From: Tubulanus polymorphus
Lineage: Eukaryota; Animalia; Nemertea
Direction: 5' to 3'
Length of the DNA: 64,000 nucleotides
Assembly: GCF_964204645.1 (NCBI RefSeq)
Contig: NC_134036.1
Span: 1,488,001-1,552,000 of the forward strand
Positions 14,175-28,260 of this stretch are shown here, in pieces. How positions within the stretch are numbered: position 1 is the first letter of the stretch; every line of letters begins with the position of its first letter. Both the position numbers and the translations under genes were made by a program. The notes beneath the pieces are model-generated. The model was not told where the DNA came from, did no database searches, and saw nothing but the letters and a program-made list of their open reading frames with translations.

Positions 14175-15830
14175 TCATTAGGATGCATTCAACTTCTAAG
14201 GCTTGGCTTCATTCAACTTCTTAGGTTTAGCTGCATTCAACTTCTTAGGTTTAGCTGCATTCAACTTCTAAGGCTTGGCTTCATTCAACTTCTTAGGTTT
14301 AGCTGCATTCAACTTCTTAGGTTTAGCTGCATTCAACTTCTAAGGCTTGGCTGCATTCAACTTCTTAGGCTTGGCTGCATTCAACTTCTTAGGCTAGGCT
14401 TCATTCAACTTCTTAGGCTTTGCCTCATTAAACTTCTTAGGTTTGGCTGCATTCAACTTCTTAAGTTTGGCTACATTCAACTTCTTAGGTTTGGCTGCAT
14501 TCAACTTCTTAAGTTTGGCTACATTCAACTTCTTAAGTTTGGCTACATTCAACTTCTTAGGTTTGGCTGCATTCAACTTCTTAAGTTTGGCTACATTCAA
14601 CTTCTTAGGTTTGGCTGCATTCAACTTCTTAAGTTTGGCTACATTCAACTTCTTAAGTTTGGCTACATTCAACTTCTTAGGTTTGGCTACATTCAACTTC
14701 TTAAGTTTGGCTACATTCAACTTCTTAGGTTTGGCTGCATTCAACTTCTTAGGTTTGGCTGCATTCAACTTCTTAGGTTTGGCTGCATTCAACTTCTTAA
14801 GTTTGGCTACATTCAACTTCTTAAGTTTGGCTACATTCAACTTCTTAGGTTTGGCTGCATTCAACTTCTTAGGTTTGGCTGCATTCAACTTCTTAAGTTT
14901 GGCTACATTCAACTTCTTAAGTTTGGCTGCATTCAACTTCTTAGGTTTGGCTTCATTCAACTTCTTAGGTTTGGCTGCATTCAACTTCTTAAGTTTGGCT
15001 ACATTCAACTTCTTAAGTTTGGCTACATTCAACTTCTTAGGTTTGGCTGCATTCAACTTCTTAAGTTTGGCTGCATTCAACTTCTTAGGTTTGGCTGCAT
15101 TCAACTTCTTAGGTTTGGCTGCATTCAACTTCTTAGGTTTGGCTGCATTCAACTTCTTAGGTTTGGCTGCATTCAACTTCTTAAGTTTGGCTACATTCAA
15201 CTTCTTAAGTTTGGCTACATTCAACTTTTTAGGTTTGGCTGCATTCAACTTCTTAGGTTTGGCTGCATTCAACTTCTTAAGTTTGGCTGCATTCAACTTC
15301 TTAGGTTTGGCTTCATTCAACTTTTTAGGTTTGGCTGCATTCAACTTCTTAAGTTTGGCTACATTCAACTTCTTAAGTTTGGCTTCATTCAACTTCTTAA
15401 GTTTGGCTTCATTCAACTTCTTAAGTTTGGCTTCATTCAACTTTTTAGGTTTGGCTGCATTCAACTTCTTAGGTTTGGCTTCATTCAACTTCTTAGGTTT
15501 GGCTTCATTCAACTTCTTAGGCTTTGCTTCATTCAACTTCTTAGGCTTGGCTTCATTCAACTTCTTAGGTTTGGCTGCATTCAACTTCTTGGGTTTGGCT
15601 GCATTCAACTTCTTAGGTTTGGCTACATTCAACTTCTTAAGTTTGGCTACATTCAACTTCTTAAGTTTGGCTTCATTCAACTTCTTAGGCTTGAATTCAT
15701 TCAACTTCTTAGGTTTGGCTGCATTCAACTTCTTAGGCTTGACTTCATTCAACTTCTTAGGTTTGGCTGCATTCAACTTCTTGGGTTTGGCTGCATTCAA
15801 CTTCTTAGGCTTTGCTTCATTCAACTTTTC
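14175..15830. repeat. 24-bp minisatellite, ~69 copies
   Basis: attcaacttcttaggtttggctgc with a few recurring variants; degenerate copies continue to ~16340. Confidence 0.97.
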
Positions 15831-17494
15831 AGGGATCGAAGCTTCTTAAGTAAGCAGGATTCAGCTTCTTAGGTATGAAGTCCATACCCAAGAAATTTAA
15901 TGCTCGCATCTATGAACCATACTATACGTCCCCATACCTAAGAACCCTACCATACATCCCCGAAGCTGATGCTCCCACATCTTAGAAGCTGAATTATCAC
16001 TCATCTAAGGAGCAAAACGCTGCCGCACTTAAGAAGGTAATGCTTTTATACCATTCCTAAGTAACTAATTAATGTACCTGGAGGATTCAGCTTCTTGGGT
16101 ATGGAGCTATCAGATAGTATTGACTTTTTTTATTCTGGAGCAAACCTGTATTTCATAGGTATGGGGAGCATTAGCTTATTAGACCATCTAATCCACCAAA
16201 TCACTGCTGCCATCGAAGTCGAATCGAATTCCTAAGTAAAGAAGCTGAACGCTACCTGGAGGATTCAGCTTCTTGGGTGTGGAGCTATCAGATAGTATTG
16301 ACTTTTTATATAGGAGCATTAGCTTATTAGATATGGGAACATTTGCCAATGTTGTTCTCCTCTGATAGTTTTTGCAATCTCTCATGCCTTCCTCTGTCTC
16401 TCGCCTCATCATCACCTCTTTAAATACCTCTCCATCTAATCCGTGCACTGCTGCCATAGGAGGAGGTGAGCAGTGATACAAATAACGATGCTGATGTCGA
16501 TGATAGTCCGCGGGGTGAATTTGTCACCGCGACCTGGGACTCCGGTCTATATCAGTATTCGGCCGCGGCAATCAATATTGATATCCACAGCTGAATCTGG
16601 TGCCGATAGAGAGATGTGTATGGATGTATTTAGATGATAGTCTGATGAAGATATATGAAGAATCAGTTAGTGAGGTCCCGAAGGAGGAAGGCGGCAAAAC
16701 AAATGTCGAATATTTATACAGAAATATTATAGATAAGGCCGTTAAAGAAGGCCGATGCATTGCAGATGATAGTTCATGGTCGGCCAGAAAATGTGATCGT
16801 CTAGCTAAGAGGGGAGGGGGATGGGCGCGGGGTACAGACAGCAGATTGATTGCTGCTTTTAAACACTAGGCTAATGTAACGAAGGTTCATTCGGTTTAAA
16901 CAAATTAAGAATTCACGCAATTCTAGTTACATTTTGATATAATCGGAACTGTGCTTAATTATTTATAACTTGTGAGAATATCAAGTTCGGCGTCCTTGAT
17001 CTCCCAGGGTTTGAAAGTCTCGTAAAATCTGGCTTCCATCCAAGACTGAATCGTAGTAAAAAAAGTTGATTAAAGCAATCTTAAAAATCTTATTAAGGAC
17101 GCCGTTTTCAACACTTAATTCTCGTCATGATTTCTGTAACACATAGCAACAAAAGTGTTTTTCAAATTGGCAATAACCGTGGCCGTTGAGATATAAACAT
17201 AGTGTTTTGGCCTTGCCAAGATCTTTTAGAGAAATGGGAGAGATTGGGATGGAGAGAGCGAGAGAGTGAGCGCCAACTAACCATTTTATGGGCTGACTAT
17301 GTACATGAGATCATGTAGATTTGGTCTCAAGACGCAAGAGGCCCATTTTCTTTAAGATAAAATCTTTTTAATTTAAGCCACGCGCAGGCGAGTAAGGCTG
17401 TAGAATTACTTATAGTGTTTTGACTATCTGCAGGACTTGCAGCAAAATTGTGCCTAGGCCTGTAAACAAATCAATACCTAAATGTTGCGATTTA

Positions 17495-17750
17495 TGAGAG
17501 GCCAGTGAATGACTGACTGCTACCACCAGAAGTCGAACCCATGAACCCTGGATTGATGAGAGACCAGTGAAAGACTGACTGACTGCAACCACCAGGATTC
17601 AAACACATGAACCCTGGATTGATGAGAGACCAGTGAAAGACTGACTGACTGATTGCGACCACCAGGATTCAAACACATGAACCCTGGATTGATGAGAGAC
17701 CAGTGAAAGACTGACTGATTGACTGCTACCACCAGGAGTCGAACCCATGT
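17495..17750 (-). repeat. ~66-70 bp tandem repeat x~3.5 carrying B-box-like GGTTCGACTCC
   Basis: Repeated gagagaccagtgaaagactgactgac...ccaccagga(g/t)tc(g/a)aac. Confidence 0.75.
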
Positions 17751-18967
17751 CAAACATTTCGAATAAATCTTGGTGGTGTGGCAGATTTTTGTCAGTGCGC
17801 GCATCAGCTATGAGAACTGATCGGTTGCTACCACACTTCGGTGAAGGACCAACCGACTGTTCTGTTGCGACGATTCGAAATTCATTGAGAATCGTTCCTA
17901 TTGTCGACGGATTGCTACTGATTGCCACCGCCGCCGCAGCCTCAGCTCTGAACGCAAAGTCGGTTAATTGAAAATATCAAATATCAACCAACTTTCGATT
18001 TTCTATTAACCTCATTATAACAGCATAGGTGTTACCGGATAAAAACAGTTCAACAGAACTACGAGATAATTGCAGATGGAAGTTTTTTACACGTGGTTTT
18101 GTATAGTATAAAATGACTGGGCCTCGGGTTCAATTGTGAACAAGTTTCAAAAATGTTAGAATGGCTAAATTTGAAATGAAATAATGTCGAGATTGAACAC
18201 ATGAAGTTATCGTTAACCCAAAAATTTGAGTTTAACTTTTTAACGCGGAACTGGATGGACCCGGATGTATAAACCAGCCTGGAACTGGGTTTAGAGGGTC
18301 AAATGTGAGTGTACATTCCTTCAAGTAGATGTCGCCTCTCAAACGGCTACATATCTCTCCTCTCCGATGTACCTGATGCACCTGTTGTTACATGCGGCAC
18401 CTGTCTAGTATACACAACGAACATGAATACCACGCCGAACCATCTCTCAAAAGACCGTCCACACACGTGGGCTCACTCTCAATACAGCGCCGCGATTCTT
18501 GATAATTACCAATTTGTAACCGCTGGTGCGCGACACCCTCTGTGTGACTTGAGTATCCAACTGAGGAGTGAGTGTCGTTAATAAAAAGAAAAACCACTCG
18601 TGCTGCAATCGGTTGCATTCGGTTCAAGGCTAAAGCCTTCATTTAGAAATTCTACTCAATCAATTCTAACAATTCATGTTTCCCCGGGTTTCCATGCCTA
18701 CTAGAAAGAATGATTTGAAAATAATTTCAGTTTGTAAGCATGGCAACGGAGTTTATTGTTAAATTCCTTCAAGTCAAGTTTTATTGTAGAATTGACAGTG
18801 ACCTCCACCAAAGATTTGTGCGAGCGAAAATATCTGGTATTACATTTTGTGTCATGCAAGACATGCTTCAATGAAAGTAGACCAGACGGCGTGGTCATCA
18901 GGATCGTGGCAACATCGGATGTTATCAAATTCCATCTACTCTCACTTATAATTGCGTTTTTGGATCT

Positions 18968-19325
18968 GGTTCCATAGATACGAGTTGACTTTGCCTTTTA
19001 AGAGTTGAAGTAATTGAAAATGAACTAATTTCAACTCCTAGAAAGCAAAGTCAACTCGTAGATGTGGAACATGAGTCCTGGGTTTCGCGGTTCCAAAGTT
19101 TAGAATTGACTTCGCCTCTTGAGAGTTGAATTCATTGAAAATGAACTAATTTCAACTCCTAGAAAGCAAAGTCAACTCGTAGATGTGGAACATGAGTTCT
19201 GGGCTTCTCGGTTCTATAGTTTAGAGTTGACTTTGCCTCTTGAGAGTTGAAGTAATTGAAAATGAACTAATTTCAGCTCCTAGGATGCAAAGTCAACTCA
19301 TAGCAGAGGAACATTAGTCCTGGGC
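18968..19325. repeat. ~121-bp tandem repeat x3 of a palindromic unit
   Basis: Each unit has gagttgactttgc...gagttgaa...ttcaactc...gcaaagtcaactc. Confidence 0.85.
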
Positions 19326-22195
19326 TTCATTTTTAGAACTTTGACTATGTGCAGGCGAACGAGTTAATTGAGTATGAATGAATGAATGAATTTACTTTGC
19401 AATTCTCGTAGCAGGTAATTGACGGTTTATAGTTTATCACATTGGGGTGATAGTCTTATCGGTCATTGCACTGGGAGGAGCGTGGCGTAAAGATCACGTC
19501 ACCAGTATAAGTATAGGCTTAAGTATAATAATGGGGTATCGACGTCGTGACGAAGAGATTCGATGCGCTAATCCGGATTCTCTTTTTTTCGTATTCCCAT
19601 TTAGGAGCTGGGGTTGATGGCCAGGTTAGGTCAGTGAGAGTGTAAAATTGTGGAAATAAATCGACATCAAAGATTTTCAAGAGTAAATCCCACAACTGGT
19701 AGAATTGAAAAAAAAAGATTTAAACTTTATTGAAACCTCCGTGTAAACCTATGAACAAGTCGAAAGGATAGTAAATAGTAGCATTTATTGGCTGACTTTC
19801 TCTTGACAGCGAGAAACCTGGTTAAGAGATTATTATGGACTAAACTAAAAATCGTTACACTTAGTAAATTGAATTTAAGAACTGAACATTAGGACTCGAA
19901 GGGCAGTAAATATGATGAAAATTGAAAAGTTTTTCGACGTAAAAACATTTCCGGCACTTATTGACTGTTTTCTATCTGTTTCAAGAGTTCTGGTTGAAGA
20001 GGGCGGGGATGGCAGTAAAACTAAGAATATAAATCTCACTGCATTGTGTTTCGGCCACGAACATACAGTTTTCTGCCTAGAGAGGATGGAGATGGATAGG
20101 AATAGAATGAAATCAGTTGTTGCATTGTGTTTCGGCCAACAGCAGACAGTTAGACAGTTTTCTGTCTAGTCGAAGGGGAGGGCGGGGGATGGAGTAATAC
20201 TAAAATTAGAAATCTCACTTTAGTTTCTGTCTAGTTCAGAGAAGAGGACGGGGGGATGGGAGTGATACTAAAATCGGAAATCTCATTGTGTTTCGGTCAC
20301 CAGCAGCCGACAGTTTTCTGTCTAGTTAAAGGGCAGGGTGGAGTTGGATTAGGGAGTAAAATGAACTGCTCATTAGTCGCTTGTAGCATTGTGTAGCCTC
20401 GCACATCAAACCCCGACATTTGATAGATACTTAATTCAGTTAGAGAAGTAGCGGCTGCAAATTGGTCGTGACCTCTTCGTCAACTTCTTAGTAATATAAG
20501 AAAGTGTCGAAAACAGCCTAATTGTCTGTGTGTTTGGGCAATAACGACTGTCGTTTGATGGATGATATCTTGACAACTTTCCGTAATTGGTTTGAAATGT
20601 AATATCGTTCGTCGACGCGTTGACCTCAACATAAACCGTCGTCGTTCAGTATCACTTCTTTCTGATTGGCTTCAATCGTCGGGTTAATCGTCGTCAGTGG
20701 TCAATTTATTTATCTTTGGACATATATCTTTATCAGATTCCAACCGGTGAACTTTCACATTAGTCGAAGAAAACAACCTCGACTGTTAAGCTAATTGAAA
20801 CCAGTCACTGAAGTTGGGAGCTCGACACCTGCCTTTTGATGGTGGGTTGGACAATTTGGAAATGTCGCAGGTGAATTACTTGACACATTGTGAAGTGTGG
20901 TGTGGACGATCACAGATTTGAAGAAAAGCGATGTAACGCATCGGATATCGAGCAGGCTAACATGGTCCAGGGTCCCAGCTGACGAGGTGCAGGGTCCAGG
21001 CTGTCCAGGGTCCAAGCCGCAGATTACTATAGATCATACGCGTTGGCGTCGTTACTTTTCAAATTTTGCCGTTAATGACATTTCGCCATGACGAGTACCA
21101 CTGTGGTTGCTGTTGCTACTGGTGAATATAAAGACAATTAACGTATTGAAGTGTTGCAATTTAACTGTATATAACTTCAAACTACTCGAACCCCCGTCGG
21201 TTCCCAGAGGGCCAATTATTGAGGAGCGTATGCTCTTTTCCTGGCGTTACAAGCTTCCCAAACATACTCGACATGTTTGACGACAGAATTTATGAAGCTA
21301 TCTATAATTATTGCTTGCCAAAACAACCCTCTCGATTGTATTAATTGACAACGGGGCGTATGAACTTTACCGGGAGCTGCGCGCGCTATCCCAGCCGAGG
21401 CGGCGTATTCCGGAAGTGACATCAAATGTCATCTTACCGGATGTGAATATTTGACTGGTAACATCGACCGGAAGTGGATCAGATTAAGGCCGAACGAAAG
21501 ATCACCACGTTGATAAGTGCAACAATAAGTGCCGTTTGTATTTATCATTATTGTTATTATTAATTCAAAATACCATTAGCAACGTTCAAAATATCGATCG
21601 TGCGCTAATTATGAAATATGCTCGGAGCACAAGGATCGAGGCCCCGAGTACGCAACTCGCCAGAGGACAAAATCGAATTTAACGCCGAGTTTTATGGCCA
21701 GCAGTGGTACATTTATAACACAAATGATTTCAACGATCCAGTGAAATTATGATTAATTATTAATGGCGACCTTCGTATCCCGAATGACGTCAATAGAATT
21801 ATGGTTACTTATTAATGGTGACCTTTTCATTCTTGATTACTTCAACGATAGGCAAATCAATGAGTTCAAGCATTGTTTTTACTATTGGAATTGCTGCAAT
21901 GTCATCCACTCGTAGGGTTCAGGATTGCAGTATGAGCCTATACTTTCCAAAACAAATCGTATTGTTCTGTTGCTAAGCGATGTTTAAATTATCCATAACA
22001 GGTGCGATTGTTGCAACGGCTGTACGAATTGGAGTTTTATTGGCCCCATTAATGAAACATCGCCATACGTTGTTCTACAATGTTCTACAATGTGTTCTCA
22101 CAGCAGAAATCGTTGCCTTCTTCGGAATAATGAAACCGATATCATCATTCACGGTGTCGTATGTAAAGCAAATCTCAAATAAACAAATATTCGGA

Positions 22196-22225
22196 TGGTG
22201 CTGCTGCTGCTGCTGTTGCTGCTGC

Positions 22226-22256
<31 letters not shown>

Positions 22257-22262
22257 GGTGCT
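22196..22262. repeat. (TGC)n(TGG)n microsatellite
   Basis: Direct reading. Confidence 0.95.
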
Positions 22263-24825
22263 AGGTAAACTTTATCAATAAGATATGGATGAGTTGCACA
22301 ATCACGTGGGGTGGACTATGAGGGAGTTATTCAATATGGCATAGTTCATGACTTTTGGGCAAATCTCAAATAAACAAGCATTGAGATTGGCTGTAGTGAA
22401 ACCATATCAATAATATATTTGACTAGTTTAGCACCATCGAACACAGAGCGGGGCGAAGGGCGGAATTTGTGTGGGGAGGGGGAATGGGAAGGCGTAACGG
22501 ATATGGAATCATAAACTTTGTAAATAAAGCATTATCCACGAAGTGTTGTCTGACCACAAACACAACTGCATGGTCATATATTATTCAAATGTTTTGATTT
22601 CGTCCTGTTATAAACTGAGACCGGAAGTACGCAAACCCGTTCATACACATCCGGTCAGTGTATTTGGCTGTTCGTATTTATAAACATCCGGTCAGTGCGT
22701 TCTAGTAAATTGCTTCAAGACCTAGTAATTCGGCCAAGGTATAAAATGGCGCCTTTGTTTCTCCTAATCGTCCGGGGATCACTTTTGTAAACTGCAATAA
22801 CATTTTCAATCAGTTAATTTCTATAACTGTTGGGTCAGTTAATGTTAGGATGATCATGATTTTTTAAGGAGGGTAGACAGGCGGTCGGCCGGGTCAACTT
22901 TTAAACTCAACAGAAACAATTTAGGTAATCATTTTTTAGTCATCTCTTAAGGGATGGTGTTCAGTTGAATTTTAGTTCGACACCAAATTCGTAGGTTTTA
23001 GCTACTGAAAATCATTTATTCTCAACTATTTACAACTTTGACTTGAATTCGTCGACCCAAAATTATCCGGTTCGGGTGTCAACTATAACCCATTCTACAT
23101 GAGGAGGCTGTTGTCATATTTTTTTTTCGTGAATGACGGACATTTTTTCAATTAAAGGAAATCGTTACTGTGTGAGCGCCGATCCCGAGGGCATCTTCCG
23201 TTTCCGCCTCACCCGAAACCTGCCCTGAATACTAATTTGCTGTTGTATCAGTTGGGTCTGGATCTGTATCGTTTTAATTAAGGTATGAGTCAGCGTCTTG
23301 TTCGTTATACGTATGGTCTAGGTATGGACTAAATCCCAATCGGCCGAGACTGCTTCCGGTTTCGAGTTTGGTATCCTATATAAGGTAATCGGCTACGATA
23401 TACAATTCGTATGTATATAACATAGACATTTATGACCTTGGTGCAAGTTTATGACCTTGGTGCAAGTTTTACTCAAAGATTTATGAAGTGAGCGTTTAAT
23501 AGAGTGAGAGTAGAGAGAGAGAGAGAGAGGGAGAGAGAGAGAGGGGGGAGCGTAGAGTGACAGTAAGATACGGTGAATAAAATATTATTGAATGAATTAT
23601 TCATAAAAAAAACTAGAACATACTCAGGCATGCGAGTAATCAATCGTAGGACCCGAAGAGTAATAAAAGTGCTACTACACATCTAGGTACAAAGCACTTT
23701 ACTGATTTATATATCCTAAACAACCGTATGTAGGGCATCCCCCTATCCCCCCCCCTTTCACCCATAGCTCCACCTTCCCATGGTGTCTGTAAGGATGTAA
23801 GGATATATATCTTCAGATTTCAAGACAATCAATGATTTGAATTAAAACTTAGATATTCGTCGACTTTACAAAATCGTTCGATACTATTGCACGAATAATA
23901 ACGTAAAAGTACTTTTATTCGCGGCGTCGATGTCAAATGTTTGACAGTTCATTCCGTTTGAATCGATCGAGATTCGAATTTCAAATTTCCGCCGCTTGTA
24001 TTGTTGAAATAAAACGACGTGTATAGTAGTGTATGGCCATTATGCTTTACATCCGGCAACAACGAAGAAACATTTCTTATCTTGATTCTTAAAGTCTGGC
24101 ATCGTTCGACTTGTTAAAAAATGAACGGTTGTACAGTATTAGTAACAGTCGAATGTTGGTTAAGTTGTAATTTGAATAAGTCGTCACATTAGCGAAATCG
24201 TCTATATTCTCAATTCTAAATTTTGTATTTCTTGTTCTACCAATGTTTAATGGATAAGTCGTCACATCACTTCAAACTAACAACATTTTTATATCCATAA
24301 CTTGTTCATTGTAACAGTGTATGTGACAGTGTAAAGGGGACCCAAATGATGTTACGTGGGCACCTATTGGACATTGGCCGCGGAAATTTAGGATCGTCCC
24401 TCGCGGAATATAAAGTGCCCTTCGAAATCTGGAATTAGTGAAAAATGAGTGCAGTATCTGCTGCCCGGAGATTCGACGAGATTCTACGGGATTCGGCGAG
24501 ATATCACGCAAGAGAGACGAACTAATCATCCTCGCACGTCAAGCTGCGTTGTTGCCTTTTTTTTCGGGAAAAAAGATACATTCATCAAAGAAGATGCATA
24601 TGCTTGCATCATTTCAGTAGCCGCAGTAGCCGCAGCAGCAGCAGCAGCGTCCTCCAGTTTCATTTGATCATTCAATTAATTCAGCCAATTAGCGTTGTAC
24701 GTTTCTAACCCCCCACGATGATTTATTTTACGAAAATAAATCAAGTTAAGGGTTCAACTCCAGAATAGGTCAATATAGTTCCATCGTGGAGGATTTTCTT
24801 TAATGAAGTGAGTGGTTCGGTTTCT

Positions 24826-25045
24826 AATTGCCGACCTATTTTACTCGTCGACAATTCCGACGATTTAGAATTGCCGACCTATTTTACTCGTCGACAATTC
24901 CGACGATTTAGAATTGCCGACCTATTTTACTCGTCGACAATTCCGACGATTTAGAATTGCCGACCTATTTTACTCGTCGACAATTCCGACGATTTTAAAT
25001 TGCCGACCTATTTTACTCGTAGACAATTCCGACGATTTAGAATTG
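24826..25045 (+). repeat. 43-bp tandem repeat x5 (left subterminal array)
   Basis: aattgccgacctattttactcgtcgacaattccgacgatttag. Confidence 0.95.
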
Positions 25046-25114
25046 TTGAAGGGAAGATAAATTTTCAAGCAACGACACGGCCACTTGATGCCGATTGCAG
25101 TTTGTATCTATAAA

Positions 25115-25810
25115 GGGTAATCTACACACGGTCCTTCATTCCAGCCATTTTATATCAGGGTAATCCACACAAACACCCAGCCCCTCGATCCCAGCCACCT
25201 TATTCAAGGGTAATCCACGCAAACACACAGCCCCTCGATCCCAGCCACCTTATTCAAGGGTAAACCACGCAAACACACAACCCCTCGATCCCAGCCACTT
25301 TATATCAGGGTAATCCGCGCACACACACAGCCCCTCGATCCCAGCCACTTTATGTCAGGGGTAATCCACGCAAAAACACAGCCCCTCAATCCCAGCCACC
25401 TTATTCAAGGGTAATCCACGCAAACACGCAGCCCCTCGATCCCAGCCACTTATTCAAGGGTAATCCACGCAAACACACAGCCCTCGATCCCAGCCACATT
25501 ATATCAGGGTAATCCACGCACACACACAGCCCCTCGATCCCAGCCACATTATATCAGGGTAATCCACGCACACACGCAGCCCCTCGATCCCAGCCACATT
25601 ATATCAGGGTAATCCACGCACACACGCAGCCCCTCGATCCCAGCCACATTATATCAGGGTAATCCACGCACACACGCAGCCCCTCGATCCCAGCCACATT
25701 ATATCAGGGTAATCCACGCAAACACACAGCCCCTCGATCCCAGCCACTTTATGTCAGGGTAATCCGCGCAAACACGCAGCCCCTCGATCCCAGCCACTTT
25801 ATATCAGGGG
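25115..25810. repeat. ~50-bp tandem repeat x~13-14 (core of foldback element)
   Basis: gggtaatccacgcaaacacacagcccctcgatcccagccacattatatca. Confidence 0.95.
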
Positions 25811-25832
25811 ATATTATTATATAAAAGATATT

Positions 25833-26092
25833 GCAATTCTAAATCGTCGGAATTGTCGACGAGTAAAATAGGTCGGCAATTCTAAATCGTCGGAATTGTC
25901 GACGAGTAAAATAGGTCGGCAATTTAAAATCGTCGGAATTGTCGACGAGTAAAATAGGTCGGCAATTCTAAATCGTCGGAATTGTCTACGAGTAATATAG
26001 GTTGGCAATTCTAAATCGTCGGAATTATCGACGAGTATAATAGGTGGGCAATTCTAAATCGTCGGAATTGTCGACGAGTAAAACAGGTCGGC
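25833..26092 (-). repeat. 43-bp tandem repeat x6 (right subterminal array, inverted)
   Basis: Reverse complement of the unit at 24826-25045. Confidence 0.95.
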
Positions 26093-27959
26093 TACCTGGC
26101 TCGCGGAAGAATACGTGCTATGTACTCAGCCTGGGCAGATCTACTTTTACCTGTTCTGGAGTTGAGCCAAGTTAAGTATAGAAAAATTACGTAAATGCAA
26201 ACGTTGTATTCGATGGCGGCATCAGCGGCAGCGTTAACGTAACGTTAAAAAACGTCAATTGACGTTAATCAATAACGTGTTTCAGATGACGTAGACTTGA
26301 TTACGCCAACGCTTGCGGATATTAACAACGGCGTTTATCAACGTTTTGGAGAGCGTTAATTAGTTAATTTGTCGTCAGTTTATGGGAGAAAAAAAACGAT
26401 AAATTTCAGAAACTTTAGGAACTGTAATGAAAGTCCGTTATAACGTTATAACCCGTATCGCATGTTTACATTGTAATTACAATACAATTTACACTGAAAA
26501 ATGCAGCTACTGTCTAAGTCAGTTATAAAACTACCATCCTTTTTAATGCCACTATTCCGAGAAGAATTTAAAACCCTGGAAAATGCAAATACTGACAAAG
26601 TACGTCATAACACTGCTAAATTGTTGTTAAATCTTAACGCCTCAATTCTTTAACTCTCTTAACATTTTTCAGGAAACACAATTCAACTCTTCCATACGAC
26701 CATTCTTTATAACGCGGCCAAATTTGCCACGTTTTTTGTTTTTCACTTATTCCTGCACAGAGGACAGTATAGGTAACTTTTAGTGTGAATGAGAAAAAAA
26801 TAATTCGGATGACCAGTTGCGTTTTAAACTACTTTAACATTATCTAAAAGAGCAAACGTAATTAGTAATTATGTTAAAAACTTGGAAACAGATTTAAAAT
26901 AGGTTATGCAAAATGGTGAAAGGTGAACACCGCTTTTTAAAATGTGCCAACAATAAGCGACCGTTGTTGCTGGTTGTTTAGGCTACGAACATTTTTCGCG
27001 GCAATATAAATATTTCAGACGTCAAAAATATCGATATCATTTGTAGAGAGAGAGACGATTTTATGAAATATATGTTTGCACAGTAAACGATGCATTACAC
27101 ACTGTATGAATATATCTGCAATGTCATAAATCACGATTTAACTAATAATGCGCCTGTCGTCTGCGACGTGTTATAAATAGGCCTCGAACTGTCGCGCATA
27201 AAGCTTGAAATAGATATCTGTTTGTATCGTAGGAACATAAGGAAAAATTTAAAAAAAAACAGGGTCGGTCTTATAGACCGGTATAACCTTTTATCGAGGG
27301 GCTAACTTAATTGAAAATGAATTGAGTTAGCCCCGGGGTTAAAGGTAATACCAGTCTGTAAAACCAGTCCCAGTGGCTGCAGTTTCTGGCATTCAGCCCG
27401 CGGTTCTCTGTCTGGTCCATTCCCGTAAAACTGTGGAACATCCAATAATTGTTACATGGATGGGTTTTTATTGGCGTAAATCTTTTGCGGAACGATAAAA
27501 CTGTATCGTACAAACATATCGTAGATCTTGTATTAAACGTCGTGTTATCGTCTGCTGACATGCGCTTTCTATAATTCATGAGTCGCGCAGCCCTGGTAAA
27601 TATTTTCGCCCGAACGACGACGGTGACAACGTTCTCTAATCGACGTTGCAGTAACAAGTAAGGTGCCAATAGCGTACCTGCTGAAACTGGTACCGACATA
27701 ACCGCTGGTCCCAGGTGCGTTTGTAAACTCTGGTTTATTGTCTCGTGTCGTCTATTATGCGATGTTTGACACTGTTAAAGACGGATATACTCGCAGCATT
27801 ATTTTAACAACTCGCAGGTTTAACGCATGCAAGCGTGTCTGGATGCACTAGGTTACGTTTGGTAAGGTGGCCCATCAAAATTTGCATTCATTGTTGCACG
27901 AGTGGATGGAGATTCATGTGCAGTTTGACTTTTAGTAGAAAGAAGGAGATTTGAGACGT

Positions 27960-28260
27960 AGATGAGAGGAAGAGGGGAGGGGGAGAAAAGAAGAGATAAG
28001 AAAGGAAAAAGAGGGGGAGGAGAAGACAGGGAACAGCAGAGAAAGAGAGAGGGAGAGATGACAGATGATAGAGAGCGGAGGAGAGAGGAGGAGAGGGAAA
28101 TGGTGGATGGGTTAAAGTGAATGATGAAGAATGATGTTGGAAGAACTTGGAGATATGTAAAGAGGGAGAGAGTGGAGGAGACAAAGGGGAAGAGGGAGGA
28201 GGCGAGGAGAGAGAGGGGGAGGGAAAGAGAGAAGGATGCATGAGGAGGAGAGAAGGATTT
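27960..28260. repeat. GA-rich low-complexity tract
   Basis: Polypurine. Confidence 0.85.

Larger units (their letters stand above)
24751..26168. mobile_element. Non-autonomous foldback DNA transposon (Merlin- or MULE-like termini), 8-bp TSD
   Basis: TIR GGTTCAACTCCAGAATAGGT / ACCTGTTCTGGAGTTGAGCC; TSD AAGTTAAG at 24743-24750 and 26169-26176; inverted subterminal 43-bp arrays. Confidence 0.85.

Noticed and set aside
14148-15872. 574, 476 and 468 aa ORFs as real proteins
   Set aside because: They arise from a 24-bp unit lacking stops in several frames; there is no unique domain and the minus-strand ORF has no ATG
18701-18928. Ig C2-like motif VTVNSTIKLDLKEFNNKLRCHAY
   Set aside because: No convincing splice sites or partner Cys/Trp strand; likely chance
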